This document shows, one piece after another, positions 50,429 to 61,400 of a stretch of DNA of 64,000 bases. Location: NCBI RefSeq assembly GCF_000315625.1, contig NW_005434587.1:124001-188000 (forward strand). Reading direction: 5' to 3'. A program made the translations under genes and the position numbers. The stretch comes from Guillardia theta CCMP2712. Taxonomy: Eukaryota > Protista > Cryptophyta. Numbering within the stretch: position 1 is the first letter of the stretch; each line of letters begins with the position of its first letter. The notes beneath the pieces are model-generated. The model was not told where the DNA came from. It was given only the letters and a program-made list of their open reading frames with translations, and ran no database searches.

Positions 50429-51600
50429 TTAGTACCCCACACCCATCACACTTGACGATAACCACCCCTTTCTCGTATGCCTGTTATCCGCTGAGGAGAA
50501 GAGATCACAAATCAACGGACGATACCATCCTGGTGAAGATCTTGCTCTGACGAGTTTCGCATTTGTTGCACGTGAAAACAATTTGCATCTCCGGATACTT
50601 GCCTGATCATGAGCATTTACTAGCACCCCGAGTTTGAATCAATCTCCAAACCTGGATTTTGAGCTTTATCTTTGCTGAACGAGGACATCTTCTTCTCTTG
50701 CTCTCTCTTGGCTATCTCGTCATCGCTATTGCAAAACCAATGAGGTTACCAAAACAGTCTGTCCAGTGCGTAGGCACTTTCTACCTTTCTTGTCGACCAA
50801 ACCCTTTGTTACCTCCACTACGAGCTTGGAGGCAGAGAGCGCTCAAGCGGCTCATCTGTCTGGCATGACGAGCCTTGACCTGGAAGATCTTTGAGCAACC
50901 CTCACCCAACAACCCGTCGTTTACCACGTGCTCTATAGAAACACAAGGAGGGCAGGCCCGTCTCCGATCCAACGAGTTGATGCCGCGATTGCCAAAAAGA
51001 AGCATCCCTGGTTCAACGAAGCCCAAGGGAGAGGATGATTTCTGAGCCCTCGCGCGTTTGAGCCTTTCGTCGTAATCTTTCTTACTGTACATATCACTCC
51101 TCTTGGCATCTTCGCTCAACCTCTTTGGAAGGTCCATCACCTAATCCATTGGAATCATGAACTCCACTGATCACTTCGTTCCTTTCGAGCCTTACCTTCT
51201 CAGAATAAATCAACTCGTTATCTTTCGAGACATTGAGAAAGAGCTCAGAGCCCCTTATAACTGCCCTGCTTTTGAACCCGAACATGTCCTGTTCCCAAGC
51301 AAGTCAGGAACAAACGGTCAAGCGTCTTACCCGCACCTCTTTCACACTGTCCCAATCACCGTGGTTATAGAATCCAGGCTGACAAAGTAATGAATGAGTA
51401 TGATGTCCAGTAGAAGTGCAGGAAAGGAATTGCTGACCTCCAACAGAGCAGAACTGGTGACAAGCCCGAAGAAAAGAAGCAAGAAAAAACCGCGAATTAA
51501 AACGGCAGATGATGTCATTTAGAAGCTGTTTCTGCTGGTATTTTCTGCCGCCCTGAAAATCAAAACGATGCTGTCTTAGTTCATAGTCCATCCATTTCAA
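50429..51600 (-). CDS. Hypothetical basic protein (multi-exon)
   Basis: Chain of short minus-strand ORFs (51304-51600, 51094-51285, 50781-51140, 50429-50626) with splice-like sites. No family recognised. Confidence 0.4.
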
Positions 51601-52151
51601 GTAGTGCCTAACCCATCATCACAACAGCAACACATGCAGCCGTATCAATCCGGTTTACAATCTCTGCCTCCTTCAATTCCACTTCCTCAACCTGCTATCG
51701 TAATGCAGGTTTCCGCTCCTCTCTTCCTCTCTCATTCCATCCTTCAACACCTTATGCATTGCGATCCCCCGTCCCGCCCTCTCTCCTCCTTCCCGCCCTC
51801 GAATTTTCCATTCCTTCGGCCTCATGTATGCGATCCGACCACAAACCATGCCCTCATCCCCACTGATTCCCAGATTTTTCCTCACCCTCATCCCCCTCAT
51901 CCCCCACATTCCGGCGGCCGGGCTGCATTCCGGGCCAACTCAGGGGCCAACTTGGATCATCTCAGTGCTCGTCCTGGTTCATCCTGGCTCCTCGACCCCG
52001 GGCCCCCTCAGTCTGCTCTCCTGCCTTAGAGCATTTAGTGCCGTCGAGCCCCAACTTGCGTGACACGTGCGGCTCAGTGATTTGGAACTCTCAGACATGT
52101 AATATACATCTTGAACTCTACAACTCTACTCTCTGTTGGTGAAGGAGTACC

Positions 52152-55100
52152 TCAATCCTCATCGATCACTATCACCTCGTCGTCTTCTATCCTCGACCCG
52201 CTCAGCAGGTGCTGGTCGTCAAGGAGACGGAAGTTGGAATGAAGTTGGCTTGCATAAAAGTCCCGGCTGAACTCTGTCTGCAACGATTGAGCAAGAGAGC
52301 TTCTTTCTTCCTCCTGCCTTCCTTGTGGCTCCAGCTGCTGACGGGGACGTTTGTCGCCATTCGACTCTCCGCTGTCTCTCTTCCTCTTCAGCTTCCCTGC
52401 GTTGACTTGCTCCCAGAACTTCTTGATCCTGCTCACCATCTCCTCCTCGTGAAGCTTCGAGACGGACTCCCATACATGGCACACAGACCATCCAACACGG
52501 ACCATCATGCAGCTACAGGCATACTTCTCCTTGAGCGCACTCGGGGTCTCGTTTTCGTTGTGCAGGAACACAGCGACGCGGGAGCAGCCGGGGGAGCTGA
52601 GCTCTATCACCCGGATGTCTTCGCTGCCCACGGTGCTTCCGATGCTCCAGAGATCGGCAGAGATGTCAGGAGATTTGAGCTTGTTCAAGATGGTTGAGAA
52701 CGCAGGGGGGATCGGAAAATGATCAGAACCCGCACATTCCTCGTCCTTCTCGTGCAAGTCAGACGAGTTGAAGAAGTTCAAGAGCTTCAGCCTCATGTCC
52801 GTCTCCTTCTTCAGATCGGCGGGCGAGACTGAGTGGAACAGCATCAGGCAGTTCTTTGCACGGGAGACCGCGACGTTGAAACTTTGCTCGTGCCTCTCTT
52901 GCTCCGCTGCGAGGTTGCGCGGGCCAGCCACCATGGTGAGCATGATGATGTCTTTCTCAGATCCCTGGAATGTTGCAGCGTCTCCAAACTCCATGTTGTA
53001 TTCCTCTATCTTCCCTTGTAGAAATGGGTCGGACGTCAGTTTCTTCTTGATTTCTTCAGCCTGGTGGATGTTCCACAGGGACAGTACCCCGATGGAGGGT
53101 TTGGTGGAAGGTTTGCCGTTTGCCTTGATAGGGTTGCGATCGTAGTGATGAACGATTTCTCGAATCTGCAAATACTTCGTTTAGAACAAACAAGGAAGGC
53201 AGCAAATGCCGTTACCTTCTCAACGATACAATCTTGCTCTTCGAAATTCAATCTCTTCTGACCCTGGACTCTGCATTCACCATCCTGCACGTGATAGCGT
53301 TCCAGGGGCTTCAAGAAGGCATCTGAATCGGCCAGCTCGTTCCTTCGCAACGGAATGAGCGCGTTCTGGTAGAACTCCGCGTTGGAGAACTTGATGATCT
53401 CCGGGAGGCAACGGAAATGTTCTCTCAGGAGCACTCGTGACCCGCTGAAGATCTCTTTGAAGAGACTGAACAAAGGGCAACCTGGAAGAACGTTCTCGAC
53501 GGTGCTGTCAGGAAACATTTCTAGCGTCTCCCGAGCATCGTTCTGGTCCTTTTCAATGGCACGGGCGGGAGCAACCTGTTGGTCATCTCCTATGACGATG
53601 ATCTTCTTTCCTCGCAGAAGAGCAGGGAAGGAGGAGAAGTCAGATTGCGAAGCTTCGTCCAGGATAACAACATCAAATACTCCAAATTCAGCAGGGAGAA
53701 GTTCGGAAACGTTTGCTGTCGGCATGATCCACAATGGGAGAACATTGATGAGAGCGCTATTTGACAACAGCTGCTCCAGCTCCTTGCGAGCACGGTAATA
53801 CTTGGCTGGCATTCTCTTCCCACGCGATTTGGTCTCAATCTTCGCAACATCTTTGATAAGACGCCGAAGAGTTTCAAGCTGAGAAAAGATTGAATTCTTC
53901 AAGTTTTGTTGCAGATGCCTTTGTGCCATGTGCGCAACTAATTTTTGAGAAACTTTGCAAATGTCTTTGATGCATTGTTCTCGCTTTGTGAGATTTTTTT
54001 GAAACAGGTCAATGCCAACCACGTCCTTGCAAAGTTGAAGATATTGACGCAGATAGATCGAGAAGCAATTCATGATCAGTTCATGCCGATTGAACAAGTG
54101 AATTTCAATCGGATCGATACTGTTCAGCCACTTCGTGAGACCTGCTTTCTGAAGCTGAACTTTCATGGAAACGATCCCAGGGCCTGAAAATGAAAACAAT
54201 TTCCTCGAGATGCGAGAAAAGAGCGAGTCCGGATTTGATTCGGTCTGCAGCTCTTTTCGAACTTTTTCAACGAGGTCTTTCTCTTCCATCAGCGCTAACA
54301 AAGAAGGATTCGGAAAGGGCAGCAGTTCATCTGCATCCAAGTGCAGATACGAACGATCGCGAGGTAGAATGTAACTTGAGCTCAGTTGCTCCGGGGAAAA
54401 ATTCTTGTACGCAGAAAGATCATCTGATTTCTTCATGAAAGCTTGCAGAAAGCTTGCAAACTCTCGAATACGTTCGACATAGCTCTTGTTGCAGAGCTCT
54501 GAGATGTGGATTCCTCCTTTCGAAATGTGTTCAAAAGACTGATAGAAGATGGAGTGCAAAAATTCATCGTCGCATTCCACATTATGCAGTTTTTGTGTGA
54601 TATTCACCAAGTTTTCCTTTTGTCTTTCAATTTCAAAATGGTCGATTGGCATATTCTGGACATCGTTCAATCGTTTTGTCGCTTCCACCAGTTGATCAAG
54701 CATATCGCGTTTGCTCCCCTCCCACGAGATCGCAATGTTTGCCAGCCATGGTACCGCCTCTCCGATTTTTTTCTTCATGACGGAAAGCGCATGGATCCCA
54801 TGGCTCGTGATCAAGATTTTGTTTCCCTGAGAAATCAAATGACAAGCGATGTTTGCTGCGAAGAACCGTCAGTCAATCACATTGATTCATTGACATGCTC
54901 TTACCTATCGTGTGAGTCTTGCCCGTACCAGGAGGGCCCTCAACCACTACCACGTTTGAGTTGCAGAGCAGCTTGACTACCTTGAGTTGATCTGCGTTGT
55001 ACGGTAAAGGCAAGAGGAAAGCGGGATGATCGTGTGAGGCGATAGAAGATGACTGCGATGGGCCATCAATGATGTCTTTACAGTAAGATGGTATCACACA

Positions 55101-55811
55101 TGAGGGTGAATCAAGCAACTTTGAGAATGTATTGGCGTCTTTTGAATTGCTGGGCTTGTAGATGACCCAGGTCCTGAGAATCTCGAGGTTCTTCGGGAGG
55201 TTCTGATTGTTGAGGTAATATTTCTGGTCCTCGACCACTGGCTTAACGCTGGAAAAGTCGCTTCTCAACTGCATGCCGAGTGACGTCATGAGATCATAGA
55301 GGTCGTCTGAGTTCGGGTGGAGATTCTTGATATCTTCCAGTCTCTTTGCACTCTCCTTCTTCAACTTGTCGAATTCTTGTAGTGAATGACACAAAACTTC
55401 GAAATTCCAAAGTTCAATGTCCATATCTGCAACTGGGGAGATGAGGAAATAATCGTCTAGCATTAAGCAGGTCATTTCGAAGAGAATCAATGGATGGTTG
55501 ATATTTTTGTAGCCATATCGCATCAACCCAACTCCGAGTATCAAAGTTTCGTTCGTTCCTTTGCAACACAAAGAGTGTAACTGTTTTCTAACTGGTTCTG
55601 CTAGATCATCTCGACGAATGCAAATGCTGCATTCCGAGTTGAATTCTTGGTCTTTCAAGTCTTGTTCCATGATCAAAATCGAGTTGTCCTTGTAATATTG
55701 CAGAGACAAAGGGCATGCGTCGGAGGTCAAGTCGGAGTCTCCTTTCTTGGACAACTTCTCTGCATATTCCAGTAGTTTCTTGAGTTTCGTGTTCTCGTGC
55801 ATGTTGTTCAT
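52152..55811 (-). CDS. Superfamily-1 (UPF1/DNA2-like) helicase of bacterial type with degenerate C-terminal Vsr/MTES_1575-like nuclease domain
   Basis: LPLPYNADQ, Walker A VEGPPGTGKTHTIAN, Walker B FDVVILDEASQS, GDDQQVAP, LREHFRC, FQGSEKD, FNVAVSRAK and tail RVAVFLHNE..RVGWSVCHVW. Introns 54856-54904 and 53166-53215. Confidence 0.88.
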
Positions 55812-56043
55812 CTGCAAAACATCGGTGAGATCGCCACACGTAGGCTGCTCTGAAAAGTTTTGATCACTACGACACGATTCCTGTCGCTCTCTCTTCTCTC
55901 TCTCCCTCTCTCCTCTCCCCCTCCATCACTCCTGTTCTTCCCTTCCCCTCGCCCGCTTCTTCCCTCCCTCCTTCCTCACTGCCCGTCTCCTGCCTCCCTC
56001 ACTGCCCGTCTCTTCCCTCCCTCCCTCCTCCTCCCCCGCCCCC

Positions 56044-56152
56044 NNNNNNNNNNNNNNNNNNNNNNNNNNNNNNNNNNNNNNNNNNNNNNNNNNNNNNNNN
56101 NNNNNNNNNNNNNNNNNNNNNNNNNNNNNNNNNNNNNNNNNNNNNNNNNNNN
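56044..56152. other. Assembly gap (N run) within CT-rich tract
   Basis: Run of N between the helicase and caspase starts. Confidence 1.
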
Positions 56153-56276
56153 TCCCTCCCTCCCTCCCTCCCTCCCTCCCAGCATCGTTGGGTCGCACTG
56201 GATCACCATCTTCTCTGAGCTAGGAAACCCGACAGTGGGCTGCATTTTTACTCAATCATAGGGGCACAGGGTGGGC

Positions 56277-57460
56277 ATGGAGGCAGCGGAGGAGGAGGAG
56301 GCGGAGGTGCGGGCGATAGCGAAGCTGCTGGAGGTCTACTGCAAGGGATCGAACGGGAAGTATGACGCCTACACGGACAAGAAACTTGTGGATACCTGCC
56401 AGAGGGAGCTGGGAGAGGAGATGGTGGAGACGAGGACTGGTGGGCCCAAGGGCAGGTTGCTCCGGGCCTTTGCGGATAAACTCAATAAGTTCGACAAGTT
56501 TTCAGGAAAGACGAGGACCGAGGCGCTATGCAATCTGGCCGAAGTAAGCTTGCTTCCCTGTGCGATGGCACCTTACGAGGCCATGGCTGCAGTTGCGCTT
56601 GTTGGAACCTACTCGACTCACATATCTCTTGAAAGCAAGCCGAGGGTTCAGGCGACAGCTTGCACCAAGCAGAGACGAGTTGATTCGAGAATGTCTGACG
56701 CACTTCAAGCAGATATTGAACAAGAAGGTGTGTCTTCCTGCCCTCTCCTTGCTCACGCTCACTCCTGCTGCAGGTCGGTCCTCAGCGCCAGCCGACTCCC
56801 GAAAGGCAGAAGCTTGCTCTCATAATTGGGATCTCCAACTATGACAAGGAAGCTCTCCCCAACTGCACCAGTGATGCTCGTTGTATCTCCGAAGCCTTCA
56901 AGAGCAGGGGCTTCGAGACCTACCTGGAGTTCGACACTCAGGATCAAGAGTCGTTCTGGAAAGTTTACGAGGACTTCGCCTCTAAGATCAGACCGCCATG
57001 TACCGTTCTGTTCTACGTGGCCGCTCATGGCGCACAATTCCATACAGACGTTCTTGTCTTCCCCATCATTCCCTTCCGGACGAAGGATGCCGAGAAGGCC
57101 ATCTCGATGCAGGCCATGATCAACAAGATCTCAACACGGCTCGACCCGGACAGCGATGTAGTCATGCTGCTTGACACTTGCAGAGTGAACTTCAGCCAAC
57201 GAGGCCATCAGGACCTCGAGCAGCTAGCGACACTTCCTCAGACCTGGATCTTGTATGCGACCAAGGAGAGCTACCCGGTGTGTGACGGCCCTGACGGAGG
57301 CAACTCACCGTTCACGAGGGCAGTGCTGAGGACTCTGAAGGAGTTGGGGCCCGACGTGGAGTTCTATAAATTTGCTACTTCAGTGAACAAGTACGTGAGA
57401 GACTGTGGCATGCAACGGTCTGAGTTGAAGGCGGATATGACAAAAGAATTATTTATATAA
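56277..57460 (+). CDS. Caspase-family (peptidase C14) protease of bacterial ortho/paracaspase type with helical N-terminal domain
   Basis: KLALIIGISNY, LPNCTSDA, catalytic VLFYVAAHG and MLLDTCR, ILYAT and DGPDGGNSPFTRAV. Introns 56544-56592 and 56728-56773 give a continuous frame. Confidence 0.88.
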
Positions 57461-57555
57461 CGAGATTCATAAAAGTTCTGTCGAAAAGATGCAAAGAACC
57501 AAGTCAAACACACAGAAGTCTAATTGTTGTGAATATATTTGATACTTGATTTGCA

Positions 57556-58200
57556 TTATGGGTCATCAAGCCTTTCGCAAGTACGTGCACAGTATTGAAC
57601 GCCACATCCTGCCATGGGGTATCCATTGTCTATGTGGAAGGTAGTTCTATAGCGTCTACATTGAACACATTGATATCCTTCATAACATCTTTCAGAGCAG
57701 AAAGCAACAGCATCAGATAGCTTGTATAAATCATTCGAGTCGACCGATTCAAATAGTTAAACCTGATCTTCGGGGATTTTTGTTTTACAACAGTGACATT
57801 CCCACTTCATTTCAGATTGCACCCTTTGAAGTGACTTGATCCAGACCTCAAGATCTTGTGCTGCATCAATGGTATACTCATAAGAGTATCAGCGCTGAGA
57901 CGAGAGCCTGGTAGATGAAGGCAGCTCTCCGAACCCTGGCAGAGAAAGACTTCATTGCCCGCCTCCGAGTCTTGAACCCTGATCGCTACATCTCTAATAC
58001 CTCTCCTTCTTCTCCTTCTTCTCTCCTCCTCCTCCTCCCCCCCACCTCCTCCCTCCTCCTCTCCTTCTTGTCCTTCTCCTCCCTCCTCCCTCCTCTCCTT
58101 CTCTTCATCCACCCTGCTGATTCTTCTCCTTCTCTCCCACTACGGCTCCCTCTTCCTCCTCTCCCCTCAGCTCCTGGTAGCACTGCTCCTACCCGAGTCG
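57556..58200 (-). CDS. Possible small protein with PH-like helix and Cys-rich TRASH/MYM-type zinc fingers
   Basis: Spliced minus-strand read AQDLEVWIKSLQRVQSEMKWECHCCKTKIPEDQ|LSDAVAFCSERCYEGYQCVQCRRY..GVQYCARTC. The 5' end is unresolved. Confidence 0.4.
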
Positions 58201-58300
58201 TAGCAAGCGTTGAGTAAATTTCTCCTGCTGGCCCTAACCTTCGGAAATGTGCGGAGGGGGAGGAGCGATGAATGAATGAGATGCTGTCAGACGCGAGCTA

Positions 58301-58383
58301 GGGAGAGGGAGGGGGAGAGGGAGAGGGAGGGGGAGAGGGAGAGGGAGAGGGAGAGGGAGAGGGAGAGGGAGAGGGAGAGGGAG
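58301..58383. repeat. (GAGAGG)n microsatellite
   Basis: Tandem hexamer seen directly. Confidence 0.9.
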
Positions 58384-58466
58384 CGAGATGAAGATGAGGG
58401 GAAGCAGAGCAGTGGTGATGCTAGGAGATGGTTTATGAGAACCGGTAGCCACATCAAGCTCTAGCC

Positions 58467-61400
58467 ATGGGAGGAGCAGCGTCGTTGAGTGCAGGCGACA
58501 GAAACGCTGCTAACGATGATGAGGGCGGGTCAAAGATCTCATCCTTGATCAACACGATCGGCCTCAAAGGCACGAGCCTGCTCAATCGCTTCAGGAACAG
58601 AGCAAGCAGTGTGGAGGAAGCGAGGTCCCCCTCCGATGGCTCACCCACAGGAAAGGAGATGGAGAAACCCAAGTCAAAGCGCAAGAAGTCGAAATCGCAG
58701 AAACGAGTGTCGGTAGGAGGACCCGAGGATGCTGACGACTCGAATGACCCCGGAGCTGGTGGGGGTGGTGAAGCATCCAAGGTAACCATGACCCTCCTCT
58801 CTCAACTTTGATGCATGCAAGGCTGACTTGTTGTCAGGGAGAGAAGGAGGAGGGCAGGAAGGGAGCGGAGAAGGACCGGGAAGTTGTGCATGATGATGAG
58901 GAAGAGGAAGACGAGGAGTTCCTAGAGGCTGTGGAGGGATCGGGAGATGGGAGGATAGACATTAAGAGGAAATCGACTGTCGCTGTGAATCTTCATGCTA
59001 TCGAAGGCACGTCCAGCGAGCAAGTGCAGGTACATCCACTTCATCTGTTCAACCAGCGCTCATCACGGTCTGAACAGCTCTCACCGACCTCCTCTGAGAA
59101 GAATCATGACATCGCCGTCAACGCTGAAGCGCTCGGGAAGGAACAGAAGAGTGACAAGTTGAGGACGAGAGAAGATCTCAAGGGACCGCAGAGATTCTTG
59201 GTAAGTCAAACATCACTTCTTCTCCTTCGTCACTCAAAGCAAAGACTGATAAACATGCAGGTGACAATCGAAAAGTGCGAAAAGCTCGTAGTGATGGAGG
59301 GCAAGATCAGGTTCCGAGTGATGATGGAGGGTAAAGTGCGGGAGTCAAAGACATTCACGATCGGAGATGAGTTGATCCAGGGGATCGTCAAGGTGTGGAC
59401 AGGGACGTTGATAGTGAAGGAGGAGTTCTACTTCGAGGTGGCGCAACCAGACTCGTTTGCTTTCGTTGAGGTTATCCATACCATCGACACTGAGGGCTCC
59501 AACGACAGAGCTGAGAGTGTGCTGGGAAAGGCGCAGGTCCATCCAACGACCAAGGAAGGCCTTCAGAAGCAGAGCGTGAAGCTGAGCAACGAGGCTGGGA
59601 TGCTTCAGGCCTCCTGCATCAAGGTCGGTGCCATGCAGGACTCGCTCAAGAGCGAGGACGAGCAGGCGTACATCTCTGCCATGCAGATGCATGCAGACGT
59701 GCCGAAGAGCATGATGAGGTTACGAGTGCGAGTGGTTCAAGCGCTTGATATCCCTGCCATGGATGCCAGCGGGACGTCGGACCCATACATCATCCTGACG
59801 TGTGGAAGCGTCAAGAAGCGCAGCAAAGTTCAGATGAAGACTCTTCGCCCGCAGTGGCATGAAGACTTTGATTTCTTCTTCCCCGCAAACCAGCCCATCG
59901 CAAACCTCGACATCGAGATGTGGGACAGAGACACAGCTGCTCGAGACGACTTCATGGGCAAGACCAGCATCTCCATCGGCGGCCTCATCTACCTCCCTCC
60001 CACCCTCCAATGGCTCGCGCTCAAGAACAAGGAGGAGGCGGCGGGAAGACTGCAAATCTTTCTCAAGATGGAGAGCAAGACCGGGACATCGGACTCTCCC
60101 CTCAAGGATGACGTTGAACGTTGGTTCGCCAGCGAAAGCCTCCTGCTCTCCTTCTGGGATGGCATCACCGGAGGCATCAAGAGCACGCGGGCTGCCGTCG
60201 CCTCCCCTGAGACTAACGAGATGTCGCCAGCCATGCTCAAGATCACCGTGCTGCGAGCCAAGGAGCTCATGGCGGCTGATCGGGGGGGGACGAGCGATCC
60301 CTACGTCAAGATTCACATCGGGGATGACGTGAAGAACGGGAAGAAGACGCAGGTGAAGAAGAAGACTCTGGATCCCACGTGGATGGAGACGTTTGAGTTC
60401 CTCATCCCTGGCTCGGAAAGGAACGAGGCGATCAACGTCGAATGCCTTGACAAGGACCTGATAGGCTCCGACGACACCCTTGGTCAGTTCGGCATCGCTC
60501 TTGACACCATCGTACCTGACAAGGAGTATCGCTCCTGGTACTCGTTCGCCGAAGTCGACGGGAAGTCCTTCCCAGGGCAAGTCGAGCTGCAGTTCGTGCT
60601 GAGGGAGGTGCTGGAGTCGTCCAAGGAGGAGGCGGGTGAGAAGGTTCAGAGCTTGCCAGGGCAGGGGAAGCAGCAGAACGCGCCACATCCCAGCTCGTCC
60701 GTGAAAGGAGTGCAAGTGATAGTGGTGGGAGGGAGGGCGATGCCGAAGATGGACTCCGGGCCCTTTGGCAAGTGCGACCCGTACCTGATCCTTAAGTTTG
60801 GCCAGCAGCAGCACAAGACCCAAGTGATCAAACGCTCGTTGGCTCCCACGTGGAATGAGACTTTCACCTTCGACTTTGAGGACGGGGAGATCTCGTCGGA
60901 ACTGCTTGTCGAGTGCTACGATTATGACATGATCGGCTCCCATGACTACATCGGCTCAACCTCCCTGGATATCAAGACTCTGACCTCCAAGAAGTCAGAG
61001 TGGTTCAAGCTCGTGCATCCTGATAACCCCTCGTACAACGCCGAGGTCTTCCTTACCCTAGTTCCCTCCTTTGAGACTAAGGAGGAGATCGAGCGCAGAG
61101 CCGCAGGCTCAGTACCGGACGCCGGTTCTATGACAACCATCCTCATCCTCGACCTGGTGGCTGGCAGAGGGTTGGAAGCCATGGACAGCAACGGAACCAG
61201 CGACCCCTACGCGGTCATCCAAGTCGGCAGCGAGAAGAGAAAGTCCAAGGTGATCAAGAAGGACTTGAATCCTGAATGGAACGAGAAGTTTGAGATGGTG
61301 GTGAGCGATCTCAACGACTCGCTCAGAGTCTCCGTGTGGGACAAAGACTTGATCGGGTCGGACGACCTCATCGGCGAGACCATCATCCCGCTCTCCACCA

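Noticed and set aside
52152-57460. Bacterial contamination as the source of the helicase and caspase
   Set aside because: Both genes contain frame-restoring 46-50 nt GT-AG introns like their neighbours.
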